From Caldisericia bacterium (GTDB taxonomy: Bacteria > Caldisericota > Caldisericia > JAAYUI01), in NCBI GenBank assembly GCA_963674785.1, contig OY771555.1, forward strand, positions 512,001-576,000: DNA of 64,000 nucleotides, given 5' to 3'. Below the pieces are notes generated by a model, which was given only the letters and a program-made list of their open reading frames with translations, was not told the DNA's origin and searched no databases. Made by a program: the position numbers and the translations under genes. This document shows positions 20,486-30,493 of this stretch, one piece after another; the first letter of the stretch is position 1; the number at the start of each line of letters is the position of its first letter.

Positions 20486-20887
20486 CTACCTTTCCAAATA
20501 CCTCATCAAAATAATCTGAGCTTCGATTGAATCTTTTGTCTTACGCATGGATTTGTCTTTTTTGCCAAGGGAGTGGCCAATATTTCGGGCTTCAACAGAA
20601 CTGAAGCTTTCATCAACAAGCTCAATCTTGATACCTGTTTTTGTAGCAAGGATTTCTGAAAATTCTCTTGCTTTTTTGGCGGATTCTGTTTCATTGCTTT
20701 GGTTTCCAACAGGGTAACCAAACACAATGAATTCAACACCTTTATCATCAATTACTTTTTGTATCTCAGCAATAGAATTTTCTATACCTGTATTTAAAAT
20801 AGACTCCATGGAAAACGCAAAAATGCCATCTGGAGAGTAGGCAAGGCCGATGTTTTTTGTGCCATAATCTATGGCAAGAATCACCAT
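20486..20887 (-). CDS. ruvX: Holliday junction resolvase-like / pre-16S rRNA nuclease YqgF
   Basis: LAIDYGTKNIGLA, VDESFSS, DSIEAQIIL. Confidence 0.9.
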   Translation of the reverse strand: MVILAIDYGTKNIGLAYSPDGIFAFSMESILNTGIENSIAEIQKVIDDKGVEFIVFGYPVGNQSNETESAKKAREFSEILATKTGIKIELVDESFSSVEARNIGHSLGKKDKSMRKTKDSIEAQIILMRYLER

Positions 20888-21826
20888 TTAAAAAACGCGA
20901 AGGGCAAACGCTGGACAGGCCTGAATGCAGTATGTACAAAGCACACATTCATCCTGATTTATTTTTGCTTTGCCATCGTCACCCATCGAGATCGCATCCT
21001 GAGGACAAGCCTCAACACAGTTTCCGCAACCTTCACACCATGGATAAACATGCATCTTTCTTACAATCATGTCGATCTTAGTTTTTGGTTCTTTTCCTTC
21101 GAAAAGGTCAGCGTTATAGTCAATCTCTCGAACATCCTTCATTCCGATCGCAACAGAGTGTGCATATGGGAAATCACGTGAATACTCAAGGGCTTCACGG
21201 GCACGCTTGATGAGCTTGCCACCACCAAGAGATTTCATCAAATAAACACCAAGTCCGCACTCGTAGTCATCTTTGAGTTCTTTTTCCATGTCGTCACGTG
21301 TTCCATCTTTGATGCCGTGACCTTCAATGTTATGCATTGGGAAAATGACCTCAAGTTCTGGAAATTGTCTTACAACTCGAGTGATTTCAACAGTGTGAGT
21401 GGAGACACCAACAACCTTGATGAGTCCTTTATGTTTATATTCAAGCAAAACATCAAGTGCAGCTCGATGTCCAGTGAGTGTTAACGCGGTTTCTTGTTCA
21501 TGAAGAAGATAGATAGGAATAACATCGAGCTTCATCTCACGAAGTGAGTTTTCAACAGAAGCTCTCATTCGCTCTGCTGTATCTGAGTATGATTTTGTTG
21601 TGATAACCGCTTCATGACGGATATGTGGAGGGAGCGCCCCAAGATAGGGCTGTGTTCCATAAAGCTCAGCACTATCGTAAAAATTGATGCCTCTTTCCCA
21701 GGCATGTTCAACAACTTTGACCGCATCTTGAATCGGAAGTTTGGCTTGTAGTGGTCCAAACGTCATTGTTCCATAACAAAGCTTTGAAACTTCAAGTCCG
21801 GTGTTGCCAAATTTTACTTTCTCCAC
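20888..21826 (-). CDS. Aldo/keto reductase with C-terminal 2x[4Fe-4S] domain
   Basis: FGNTGLEVSKLCYGT, DSAELYG; CxxCxxCxxxCP twice at the C-terminus. Confidence 0.9.
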   Translation of the reverse strand: MEKVKFGNTGLEVSKLCYGTMTFGPLQAKLPIQDAVKVVEHAWERGINFYDSAELYGTQPYLGALPPHIRHEAVITTKSYSDTAERMRASVENSLREMKLDVIPIYLLHEQETALTLTGHRAALDVLLEYKHKGLIKVVGVSTHTVEITRVVRQFPELEVIFPMHNIEGHGIKDGTRDDMEKELKDDYECGLGVYLMKSLGGGKLIKRAREALEYSRDFPYAHSVAIGMKDVREIDYNADLFEGKEPKTKIDMIVRKMHVYPWCEGCGNCVEACPQDAISMGDDGKAKINQDECVLCTYCIQACPAFALRVF

Positions 21827-21841
21827 AGTTTAATTATCCTT

Positions 21842-24445
21842 TCATTTTGTAAGCTGTTCTGCAAGCTCTGATTCGATCGTTGTTAAAACCTGATCAGCAC
21901 GTGATGGATCGATTCCACCAGCCTGACCCATCTCAGATCTTCCGCCACCTTTGAATCCGACTATTCCACCAACTTTTCCAACAAGTTTACCACAATGGAC
22001 AACATTTGAGGGAAGACCCTTTGATATAACGACAAGAAGAATTTTGCCAGCGTTTTTTCCAAGCAAAACTGCAACCCCGTGATCAAAAGCATCGAGTGTG
22101 AAATCAGCAAGCATTCGAAGTCCTTGCATATCAAAGTTATCCTGTCTTGCAATGACAACGTGTGTTGCTCCAACTTTCCTTGCTTGATCTTTTAAAACCT
22201 CTGCTTGATTTTTTGCAATGGTTGTTGTCAGAGACATGATTGTTTTGTTGGCAGTGGAAAGATTTTCAGTCAAAGATTCAGCTTTATCTATTGTCTCTGA
22301 AACCGATGAGCCAAGAGCTTTTGCTGTCGATTTGAGTGCATCTTCCTTTTCCTGGAGATACTCAAGGACTTTTTTATTTGTGACAGCTGTGATTCGTCTG
22401 AGGTTTGAGCCAATCGATGATTCAGAGGTGATTTTGAAAATCCCGATTTTCGATGTGTTTTCAACATGGCATCCACCGCAAAGCTCCATCGACTCATCAC
22501 CAACCGTTACAACCCTTACAGTATCACCATATTTTTCACCAAAGAGTGCAACAGCACCTTTTTTCTTTGCATCTTTAATTGACATCTCTTCAGTGTCAAC
22601 GGTATGACCAGCCCAGATGATACTGTTTACCTGATTTTCGATCCTTTTTATCTGATCATCTGTAAGAGCACCAAGTGTGGTTGTGAAATCAAATCGAAGT
22701 TCATCCTCGCCAACCCACGAACCTGCTTGGTTTGCATGGTCTCCAAGTTCAGCCTTTAGAGCTGCGTGAAGAAGATGTGTTGCAGTATGTGCATGTGTTA
22801 TATTATCTCGTTTTCCACAATTGATTTTGAGAGTAAGAACATCGCCGACCCTCAATTCACCAGAAATAATCTTTGCTTTGTGGAGGATAAGTTCATCAAT
22901 TGGTGATCTTGTGTCTTCAATTTCAAGTTTGACATGGTCATTGAACGCAGTCCCCTGGTCACCAATCTGACCACCCTTTTCTGGATAGAAAGGTGTAATG
23001 TCTGTGTTGAAGTAAACGGTTTCCCCTTCTGTTCCAGTAGACACAGGAAGCTTATCCTTCATGATTCCGACAACTTTTACATCCTTTATTTCAAAGTTTG
23101 AAAAACCATCGAAGTTTGATTTACCTGTTTGGTCTCTGAAGGTAAGCAGAGTTGTTGCTCTTTCAAATTCCTTTTGTCCAGAATATGATCTTCTACCACG
23201 TTCACGTTGTGCTTCAAGTTCAGCATTGAATCCATCAAAATCAACCGAGATTCCTTTTTCCCTTGAATACTCATCTGTAAGCTCAACCGGGAATCCATAG
23301 GTATCATAAAGCTTGAAGGCAGTTTTTCCATCGAGTGTTCCGCCACTGCCTATTTTTGCAAGCTCAGAGTTAATGAGGTCAAGTCCAACCTGAAGAGTAG
23401 AGATAAACTGTTTTTCTTCGTTACCAATTATCTTTGTGATGGCATCACGTCTCTCATCAAGGAATGGATACGGTGCCTTGTAGAAATCGATTACACTATT
23501 TGCAAGATTTGAAATAAATGCTCCATCAATTCCTAGATTTCTTCCAGCAAGAAGTGATCTTCTGATGAGTCTTTTCATAACATAACCACGACCATCATTT
23601 GCTGGGAAGACACCATCACCGATGAGGAAAGTCACAGCTCTTGTATGATCGGCAATCATTCGCTTTCGACCCTTATCATCAGAGTCTGTCAAAGCGTTTA
23701 TTGCCTTCAAAACCGATCCAAACAGGTCAGTATCGAAACTTGATCTGACTCCCTGTGATACTGCGGTAATTCTTTCAAGCCCTGCACCAGTATCGATATT
23801 TTTTCTTGGAAGTGGTTCTTGCGAACCATCTTTTTTCAGATTGAATTGAGTAAAAACAACATTCCAAAGCTCAACAAACCTTGGATGGTCAAGGTCAACT
23901 CCGCCATCTTTCATCGGGAATGGAGTATTAACCTCCCAATCAAAATGAATTTCAGAATCAGGTCCACAGGGACCGACATCACCCATTGTCCAGAAATTTG
24001 ATTTTTCTGGAATAATCTTACCCTCAGGGATGCCGACCTTTTTCCAGAGAGAAACACTTTCCTCATCATCAGGGTAAACTGTTACAACGAGTCTGTCTTT
24101 TGGTATACCTACGACTTTGACGAGATATTCAAGTGCCCAAGGGATAGCTTCATTTTTGAAATAGTCACCAATTGAAAAGTTACCAAGCATCTCAAAGAGA
24201 GTATGGTGAAAATTTGTTTTCCCAACATTTTCAATGTCGTTTGTCCTGAAGCACCTTTGGCAACTTGTGAGTCTATTTGAAACAGGGGTTCTCTCACCTG
24301 TAAAAAATGGTTTCAATGGAAGCATTCCAGCAAGCGTGAAAAGCACAGTTGGGTCTGACGGAATCAGTGATGCACCCTCTAAAACATAGTGGTCATTGCC
24401 AGAAAAAAAGGATAGGAAGCTTTCCCTTATCTCGTGTGATTTCAT
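21842..24445 (-). CDS. alaS: Alanine--tRNA ligase
   Basis: FEMLGNFSIGDYFK, GPCGPDSEI, DTGAGLER, HTATHLL, ELCGGCH. Confidence 0.98.
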   Translation of the reverse strand: MKSHEIRESFLSFFSGNDHYVLEGASLIPSDPTVLFTLAGMLPLKPFFTGERTPVSNRLTSCQRCFRTNDIENVGKTNFHHTLFEMLGNFSIGDYFKNEAIPWALEYLVKVVGIPKDRLVVTVYPDDEESVSLWKKVGIPEGKIIPEKSNFWTMGDVGPCGPDSEIHFDWEVNTPFPMKDGGVDLDHPRFVELWNVVFTQFNLKKDGSQEPLPRKNIDTGAGLERITAVSQGVRSSFDTDLFGSVLKAINALTDSDDKGRKRMIADHTRAVTFLIGDGVFPANDGRGYVMKRLIRRSLLAGRNLGIDGAFISNLANSVIDFYKAPYPFLDERRDAITKIIGNEEKQFISTLQVGLDLINSELAKIGSGGTLDGKTAFKLYDTYGFPVELTDEYSREKGISVDFDGFNAELEAQRERGRRSYSGQKEFERATTLLTFRDQTGKSNFDGFSNFEIKDVKVVGIMKDKLPVSTGTEGETVYFNTDITPFYPEKGGQIGDQGTAFNDHVKLEIEDTRSPIDELILHKAKIISGELRVGDVLTLKINCGKRDNITHAHTATHLLHAALKAELGDHANQAGSWVGEDELRFDFTTTLGALTDDQIKRIENQVNSIIWAGHTVDTEEMSIKDAKKKGAVALFGEKYGDTVRVVTVGDESMELCGGCHVENTSKIGIFKITSESSIGSNLRRITAVTNKKVLEYLQEKEDALKSTAKALGSSVSETIDKAESLTENLSTANKTIMSLTTTIAKNQAEVLKDQARKVGATHVVIARQDNFDMQGLRMLADFTLDAFDHGVAVLLGKNAGKILLVVISKGLPSNVVHCGKLVGKVGGIVGFKGGGRSEMGQAGGIDPSRADQVLTTIESELAEQLTK

Positions 24446-24468
24446 AAAAATTTCCTTACAACTTGTAT

Positions 24469-24894
24469 TTACTCAAACGAACCAAAGTCATTTGAGGATT
24501 TTTTGGGTGTATCATCCCACATTCGAAGCTTCTCAGATGAAACTGCGATATTTTTTGTAGCGAAAAGAAAAACGTTTTTTCCGATTTTTTCGACCATACC
24601 ATCAAGCGCGTAACAAGCACCTGAAACAAAATCAATAAACCTTCTTGCAATTCCAGATTCAGTTTCTTCAAAGTTTGCCATTATAGGTTTTCCATGTTTC
24701 AATGAATCAACTGATTTACGGGCTTCTTCAAAGGAAGTTGGATTCATTACAACAACGGTCATTTTAGACAAAGCAGATTTTATTTCAGGGTTAATCTTTC
24801 TTTCAGTGCTTTCAACCTCTTCTGCTCCATCATAGAGTTCTCCTCCGTCTTCATCCATACCAACAAGAGACTTAAACCAATCACCTATACCCAT
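24469..24894 (-). CDS. sepF: Cell division protein SepF
   Basis: P.SFEEA..VD.LK, ARRFIDFVSGACYALDG; position after yggS. Confidence 0.92.
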   Translation of the reverse strand: MGIGDWFKSLVGMDEDGGELYDGAEEVESTERKINPEIKSALSKMTVVVMNPTSFEEARKSVDSLKHGKPIMANFEETESGIARRFIDFVSGACYALDGMVEKIGKNVFLFATKNIAVSSEKLRMWDDTPKKSSNDFGSFE

Positions 24895-24897
24895 AAT

Positions 24898-25569
24898 CTA
24901 CCTTCCTTCAGAAAACAGCGCCCTTCCAATTCGAACCTGTGTTGCGCCGCATTTTATTGCGAGTTCAAAATCCCCGCTCATTCCATACGATCTTTCTATC
25001 TTTCTTCCGAGCGTCTGTTCAAGACCATACGCCAGCTCTGATGCTTTATTATAAATAGTTTCTCTGAATTTGCTAGTAGCATCAATCGGACACATTGTAA
25101 AAACTCCTGTGAGCCTCAAATGGTTCAGAGATATGATTCTATCAGATAGTGACGCAAACTCAGTAATACTGCATCCATGTTTGACTTCTTCACCAGAAAT
25201 GTTTACTTCAATCATCACGTCAACAAGCTTTTCTGAGATGATGTCTATTCTTTCTGCAAGTTTTGTGGTGTCGACAGTATCTATTGAATCAAAAATTGTA
25301 AGAGCCGGTCGAACCTTGTTGCGTTGAAGATTTCCAATCATATGGAGTTTTATCGAGTCACGACCTTCATATGTCTTCCATCTTTGTGCATTTGCAACCC
25401 TATTTTCGCCAACATGCACAATATCTCCCGCGGTAATAACTGGGATGACATCTGCAAGTTCAGAATATTTTGTAACAGCCATAAGGGCAATAGACTGTGG
25501 GTCTCTTCCAACCTTATCTGCTGCCTCCCTTATTCTGTTTTTTATGTTTGAAAGAGAACTAGGCTCCAC
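24898..25569 (-). CDS. yggS: PLP homeostasis protein YggS
   Basis: AVTKY, GENR, HMIGNLQRNK, GMSGDFELAI.CGAT.VRIGR; GTG start 25569. Confidence 0.92.
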   Translation of the reverse strand: MEPSSLSNIKNRIREAADKVGRDPQSIALMAVTKYSELADVIPVITAGDIVHVGENRVANAQRWKTYEGRDSIKLHMIGNLQRNKVRPALTIFDSIDTVDTTKLAERIDIISEKLVDVMIEVNISGEEVKHGCSITEFASLSDRIISLNHLRLTGVFTMCPIDATSKFRETIYNKASELAYGLEQTLGRKIERSYGMSGDFELAIKCGATQVRIGRALFSEGR

Positions 25570-26647
25570 CAGAGCCTTTCTTTTTCTGCAGGAATGGTGG
25601 AATGTCAAGCTCTTTACCAGAGACTAGTTCATCCAGATCACCCCTGTTGATTTTCGGTTTTATTTTAATTCCGGTACTGTCTGCTGATTGTTTGGCTTCA
25701 AAACCAGTTGCGATGACAATTACGCGGAGTTCATTTTCAAGGGCTTTATCAATTACAGCACCCCAAACAATATTTGCCTGTGAGTCAACCATCCTGGTGA
25801 TATATCTTGAAACCTCATTTGCTTCAGATATTTTGAAGTCTTTGCCGCCAATACAGTTGACAAGGAGTCCTTCTGAACCCTTGAGTGAAGCATCAAGAAG
25901 TGGTGAGCTGATAGCCTGGTTTGCAGCTTCTTCGGCTCTGTTTTCACCTTTCGCCTGACCAATACCCATCCAGGCAGTTCCAGCGTTACTCATGATTGTG
26001 CGGACATCTGCAAAGTCAACATTGACAAGACCAGGAACAGTTATGATTGTTGTGATTCCCTCAACGGCCTGCCTCAAAACATCATCAACCATGAAGAATG
26101 CTTCTGTGAGTGGAGTGTTTTTGTTTGTCGCTTCAAACAATCTGTCGTTGCTGATTGTTATCATCGCATCGACTTTTTCCTGGAGTTTTTCAATACCCTT
26201 ATCGGCAAGGATCATTCTTTTTTCGCCCTCAAAACTGAATGGTCTTGTTACAATGGCGATTGTAAGGGCTCCTAGTTCTTTTGCGATCTCGGCAATGACT
26301 GGAATTGCACCTGTGCCTGTTCCTCCGCCCATGCCACATGCAAGGAAAATCAGGTTTGCACCAGAAAGCATTTCTGCGATGATATCTTTGCTCTCCTCTG
26401 CAGATTTTTCTCCCAATTCAGGCATAGCACCTGCACCCAAACCTCTTGTTGTTTTCGGTCCAATCTGAACTTTATTTGGAGCAAGAGACATACGTAACGT
26501 CTGAGTGTCAGTATTCATTGCAATATATTCAACATTGTCGAGACCGTATTCGATCATACGGTTGACGGCGTTGTTCCCTCCACCACCGATTCCGACAACT
26601 TTTATTACGGCGTTTGTGCCTTCCCATACATCAAAAGCATTTGACAT
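25559..26647 (-). CDS. ftsZ: Cell division protein FtsZ
   Basis: GIGGGGNNAV, GMGGGTGTG, NVDFAD, C-terminal LDIPPFL. Confidence 0.98.
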   Translation of the reverse strand: MSNAFDVWEGTNAVIKVVGIGGGGNNAVNRMIEYGLDNVEYIAMNTDTQTLRMSLAPNKVQIGPKTTRGLGAGAMPELGEKSAEESKDIIAEMLSGANLIFLACGMGGGTGTGAIPVIAEIAKELGALTIAIVTRPFSFEGEKRMILADKGIEKLQEKVDAMITISNDRLFEATNKNTPLTEAFFMVDDVLRQAVEGITTIITVPGLVNVDFADVRTIMSNAGTAWMGIGQAKGENRAEEAANQAISSPLLDASLKGSEGLLVNCIGGKDFKISEANEVSRYITRMVDSQANIVWGAVIDKALENELRVIVIATGFEAKQSADSTGIKIKPKINRGDLDELVSGKELDIPPFLQKKKGSGGA

Positions 26648-26713
26648 ACCGAGTTCCTTTCTATATCCTAACCTCTTTCAAGCCAACCATAATAACAGGT
26701 AAACATACCAGAA

Positions 26714-27721
26714 TCAACTACCAACCGTACTTTTTCTGGGAACTGTTGTCACCTGATGGGGAATATCGAGTTTAATCATCAGAGGAAGTGTTTCACCTTT
26801 ACTAAACTCTGTATCCATCAAATGTCCCAGTGCACCAAACTTTGTTTCAAGACCGGTTGATGTTCCAAAATATATAAGCATACCTTGGTTAGTCTCACCA
26901 AATAACCCTCTTGCAGTCTCAAGGTTCACTTTATTATAAAAGATTTGTTTTGGTTTTTCGTCAGGATTTGCAGATTTTAAATCATCCGCATCATCTATAC
27001 TTTCGAGTTGATGTATTTCTCCACCAAACTCAACAAATACAGGGTTTAAATTGTTTACAGCATAGGGAGCAACGAGAATATACTCCCCCCTAATGTTTTG
27101 ATAAATGAAGTAAGTAGCTTCATTTCTAAGAACCCTAAAAAAATTCAGATTTAACGCTGATCGGTACTGGAGGATCATCCCGATAAGTGGACGAAGATAC
27201 AAATTCTCACTTGCGTTTTCATCCTCCTTGGATAAATCAAAAGGATACATCGAAGGGCTGGGTTCATTAAAACCTGAAATATTACCAGCGTTTTTTGAGA
27301 GTATCTCAAATTCAACTTTCTTTGTGTTGTCCGGGGTTATATCCTCAATGAAGTTTCCTTCAATATCAACTGCGATCCTTCCACTGAGCCTTCCCCAAGC
27401 AAGAGCAAAAGTGTCTTGTTTCTCATAAATATTAACGGTTGCCCTAAAAAAGAATCTTGGTTTAATTGTGACTTTTTCCACCAATGGCCCGAGTATGTCC
27501 TGTGCATCACTTAGTTTTTTGTTTGATGTCGAAATCAAACCCATATTGGATTTTGCCTCGATGTACCTTTCAACTTTCACAATCTCCAACCTTTGTATCC
27601 CCTCATAATCCACTCTCGAAATCGGAATCATGGGCGATGCAAAGGAGAGAAAAACGAAAATCAGGAACAGCGCCAATACCACCAAAAGCAGTACTCGTAG
27701 AGGTGAATTCCCCGCCTTCAT
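26714..27721 (-). CDS. Divergent FtsQ/DivIB-like bitopic membrane protein
   Basis: N-terminal TM then POTRA-like segment (ISRVDYEG...VEKVTIK...VNIYEK); directly upstream of ftsZ. Confidence 0.55.
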   Translation of the reverse strand: MKAGNSPLRVLLLVVLALFLIFVFLSFASPMIPISRVDYEGIQRLEIVKVERYIEAKSNMGLISTSNKKLSDAQDILGPLVEKVTIKPRFFFRATVNIYEKQDTFALAWGRLSGRIAVDIEGNFIEDITPDNTKKVEFEILSKNAGNISGFNEPSPSMYPFDLSKEDENASENLYLRPLIGMILQYRSALNLNFFRVLRNEATYFIYQNIRGEYILVAPYAVNNLNPVFVEFGGEIHQLESIDDADDLKSANPDEKPKQIFYNKVNLETARGLFGETNQGMLIYFGTSTGLETKFGALGHLMDTEFSKGETLPLMIKLDIPHQVTTVPRKSTVGS

Positions 27722-27728
27722 GACAACA

Positions 27729-27757
27729 ATGTTAATAACTTAATTTCTCATTGTCAA
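27729..27757 (-). promoter_or_regulatory. Promoter for leaderless ftsQ-like/ftsZ operon
   Basis: TTGACA-17-TAACAT-7nt-ATG, no SD. Confidence 0.65.
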
Positions 27758-27969
27758 TCGGAAAAATCATTTTACAGAGGTGGTTTCTTCAGATGTTACC
27801 AAATTGTTTCAATATTATCAATTATTGTTAACAAGCAAAATATATGAACCGCTGGATTACACAGTGTTAGGTCGATTTATATAACCTGATTTTTACAACA
27901 ACCAAGCTCTCGAATATATGTCGAATACGATTTGTTGATAAATACCGAAAATCTTTTCGGTATAATTTG

Positions 27970-28698
27970 CTATGGAACTCCAATCGTAATCCTTTTTGTA
28001 CTGCCGTCCCAAGATACACCTCCACCAATCATTTCAGAGAAAAATCTCGACGGAACATAGGAGGCTCCGTAAATCGATGTAGCAGGCGGGTCACATGTAA
28101 CAGTTTGTCCATTGATAACACCGATATCTGCTCCGAGCTTTATGCTCGAACTCAACTTACCAAGAGTAACAACTATCTCTCTATTCTCTTCATCCCATGA
28201 AACTTCAGCTCCAAAAAAACCAGCAAACTCACGAAGAGGAACCATCGATCTACCTGAAATTATCTTTACAGGATGTGCGAGGCTTCTCGTATCCATGTTT
28301 ACAAACGCAACTCTATCATCGATTGCTGCTGAAACACTGCAATCCCTAAACACAACAATTCCACTCTCAACATATGTGTCAGAGACCTTTGCCTGTAATG
28401 AAATGGAAGTTTTTCCGGCACCAAGAGAGATATTTGAATCGAAATATCCACCGACACAGGGAATTGTTTGTCTGCCAACAGTTGCTCCATCGAGGATTAC
28501 ATCGATGTTTGATATGGACTTATCTGAGATAGAACCTTTTATATAAAGGTTTTCTGATCTGACATGTATCCCTGAGGGTGGGGAATCTATCTTTATCGTC
28601 ACTTCAAATGTCATAGCAACAAACAATAACGCAGCTATCAACAACAGCAGGGTTTTGTGAACAAAGCATGAATTTTTTGTCATTACTTCCCCCTTCAT
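27970..28698 (-). CDS. Secreted protein with Ig-like and copper amine oxidase N-terminal (stalk) domains
   Basis: GRSMVPLREFAGFFGAEVSWD and YVPSRFFSEMIGGGVSWD repeats. Confidence 0.85.
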   Translation of the reverse strand: MKGEVMTKNSCFVHKTLLLLIAALLFVAMTFEVTIKIDSPPSGIHVRSENLYIKGSISDKSISNIDVILDGATVGRQTIPCVGGYFDSNISLGAGKTSISLQAKVSDTYVESGIVVFRDCSVSAAIDDRVAFVNMDTRSLAHPVKIISGRSMVPLREFAGFFGAEVSWDEENREIVVTLGKLSSSIKLGADIGVINGQTVTCDPPATSIYGASYVPSRFFSEMIGGGVSWDGSTKRITIGVP

Positions 28699-28729
28699 TT
28701 ATTTCCTTTTTCCTATATGATAGTTACAA

Positions 28730-29038
28730 ATGAAGAATGTGATAGGTTCAAGTTTTCAAGGTGGATTAAAAGCTCTTGCTGAAACAACACGTCTTAGTAT
28801 TGTGATTTTACTCTCAAAAAATAAAGAATTATCCGTCAAGAAGATAATGGAGGTACTTGGACTCACACAGGTCAAGGCATCTCAGCACTTAAAAGTCCTA
28901 AAATTTCAAGAGATCGTAAACAGCAGAAAAAGCGGTAACAGCACACTTTACTCCATCAATTCAGAGAGGGTACAAGCATTGATTACTGAGTTTCAATCAA
29001 TATTTGATAACACATCTGATTTTCCATTTAAAGAATGA
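28730..29038 (+). CDS. ArsR/SmtB family transcriptional regulator
   Basis: KALAETTRLSI..LL, SQHLKVLK, RKSG...YS. Confidence 0.88.
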   Translation: MKNVIGSSFQGGLKALAETTRLSIVILLSKNKELSVKKIMEVLGLTQVKASQHLKVLKFQEIVNSRKSGNSTLYSINSERVQALITEFQSIFDNTSDFPFKE

Positions 29039-29097
29039 CACCAAATTGAGAAGTCAAAAACCAATTCAATCGAGTCATAATCGAGAGAAATTGAACT

Positions 29098-29150
29098 TGC
29101 TTTTTACTTAAAATGTAGTTATATTGGACTATTGACCCACATGGGGTCAA
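29098..29150 (+). promoter_or_regulatory. Promoter plus palindrome TTGACCC-ACATG-GGGTCAA upstream of the TGA-containing gene
   Basis: TTGCTT...TATATT followed by a 7-bp inverted repeat at 29132-29150. Confidence 0.5.
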
Positions 29151-29214
29151 ATGAAATACTTATGTTAAGAAAATGCTCAGAGATGAGATTCAAAGAGCGG
29201 AAAGGAGCAAGACA

Positions 29215-29736
29215 ATGAAGAAATTTGCAGTATTTGCACTAGTATTTGTCTTTGCGTTAAGCCTCGTTGCTGCCTCTCTCGCCCTTGCCGGTACATACGG
29301 TTGAGGAAGCGGCGGCGGTTGCGTTGCAGCCCCACCACCCCCACCACCAGCAGCGGCTGGAGGAAGCGGAAGTGATGTAGATTTGGCTTCTGACCCAACA
29401 CCAAGTTCATGGTTCAACAATGTGCTTGATGGTGACACAATCACCACCCCATTCACAATCCTTGGTGAGTATAAAGCTGAAGCTCGAATCGACACAATCC
29501 AGGTCTCCCCAGATGGCGGAGAAACATGGCTTACAGCAGAAGTTGACAAAGACACAAGAGAATGGTCACTACACATTGCTTCACCTCCAGGTGAAAATGG
29601 TGTTTACCACCTCATTTCTAGAGCAGTTGACAAAAACGGCAGAATGGAAAGAACAGTCAATCCTAACGTCGATGTCAGTCTCAGAAAAAAGCCAGTCGAA
29701 GCATATATTGTTAGAGCTGGAGCAGGCAGAGAGTAA
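29215..29736 (+). CDS. Secreted Ig-like domain protein with in-frame TGA at codon 30 (candidate selenoprotein)
   Basis: AAGGAG SD; signal peptide MKKFAVFALVFVFALSLVAASLALA; GTYG-TGA(29302)-GSGGGC-PPPPPP in frame with track ORF 29383-29736; domain VSPDGGETW...YHLISRAVD.NG. Confidence 0.7.
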
Positions 29737-29760
29737 AAGTAAAATACTAGCCGCAAACGA

Positions 29761-29791
29761 AAAAAGCCACCCGATGAGGGGTGGCTTTTTT
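29761..29791 (+). terminator. Intrinsic terminator
   Basis: AAAAAGCCACCC-GATGAG-GGGTGGCTTTTTT. Confidence 0.85.
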
Positions 29792-30002
29792 ACATTCTAG
29801 AGAGCTTTGGGAGTCTTTTTTCTTATTTGGCACAAAAGAAGCTTCGATCGATTATAGAGGTAGGAACCACACAATAATTGAAGTTAATAATGATTAATTC
29901 AATATTCATAATCGATTGATTTTTCCATAATAGGCTGTATACTTGTAGCGTAACTCGAATGTTCTCGTAAACCTTTGTATAAAAAACATAGGAGGTTCTG
30001 AC

Positions 30003-30404
30003 ATGGATATGAAATATAGCTACGACAAATCGAATAATATCATGTTTGTAAGTTACAACGGTTTGATCAGTACCACTGATGATTTAAAACAAATGAGAGA
30101 ACTCACCGACCAGATTTATAATGACGTTGCAACAAAAATATGGCTGATTGTTAACATCGCTGAGTACAAGGTGAAAAACCCGATGCTTGTTAAGGAATGG
30201 CAAAAGAGCGGCAAAAAGACCATGGACAAATACGTTATCGACGAAGTGATGATTTGTAAGAATCCCATTCAAAAAGCGATGTCTCTTCTCTTCAACACAA
30301 TTAGAGGCAAAAAGAGTCCTATCTTTAAGTCAAAAGAGGAAGCTGTTGAACACGTTTTAAAGCTACAGGAAACGGTGGGAAAGTCGAAACCTATTATTGA
30401 TTGA
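30003..30404 (+). CDS. Hypothetical protein (STAS/SpoIIAA-like), paralog 1
   Basis: GGAGG SD; YD...NI, WL..N, C-terminal IFKSKEEA.E..L. Confidence 0.65.
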   Translation: MDMKYSYDKSNNIMFVSYNGLISTTDDLKQMRELTDQIYNDVATKIWLIVNIAEYKVKNPMLVKEWQKSGKKTMDKYVIDEVMICKNPIQKAMSLLFNTIRGKKSPIFKSKEEAVEHVLKLQETVGKSKPIID

Positions 30405-30493
30405 AACATACAAAGCTTCATAGAGCAAAGGTTATCTTTGATAAGATAAAAGGTTTAAATTGTAAGCCCTAAAAACATAGAAAAGGAGTAATC

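Noticed and set aside
29302-29304. Genome-wide UGA reassignment (code 4/25) explaining the in-frame TGA
   Set aside because: TGA terminates core genes at their expected ends (gyrA 5803, alaS 21842), and no other gene needs read-through
29190-29576. Minus-strand Gly/Pro-rich ORF as the real gene
   Set aside because: It is the antisense shadow of the plus-strand gene, which has the SD, signal peptide, domain and terminator
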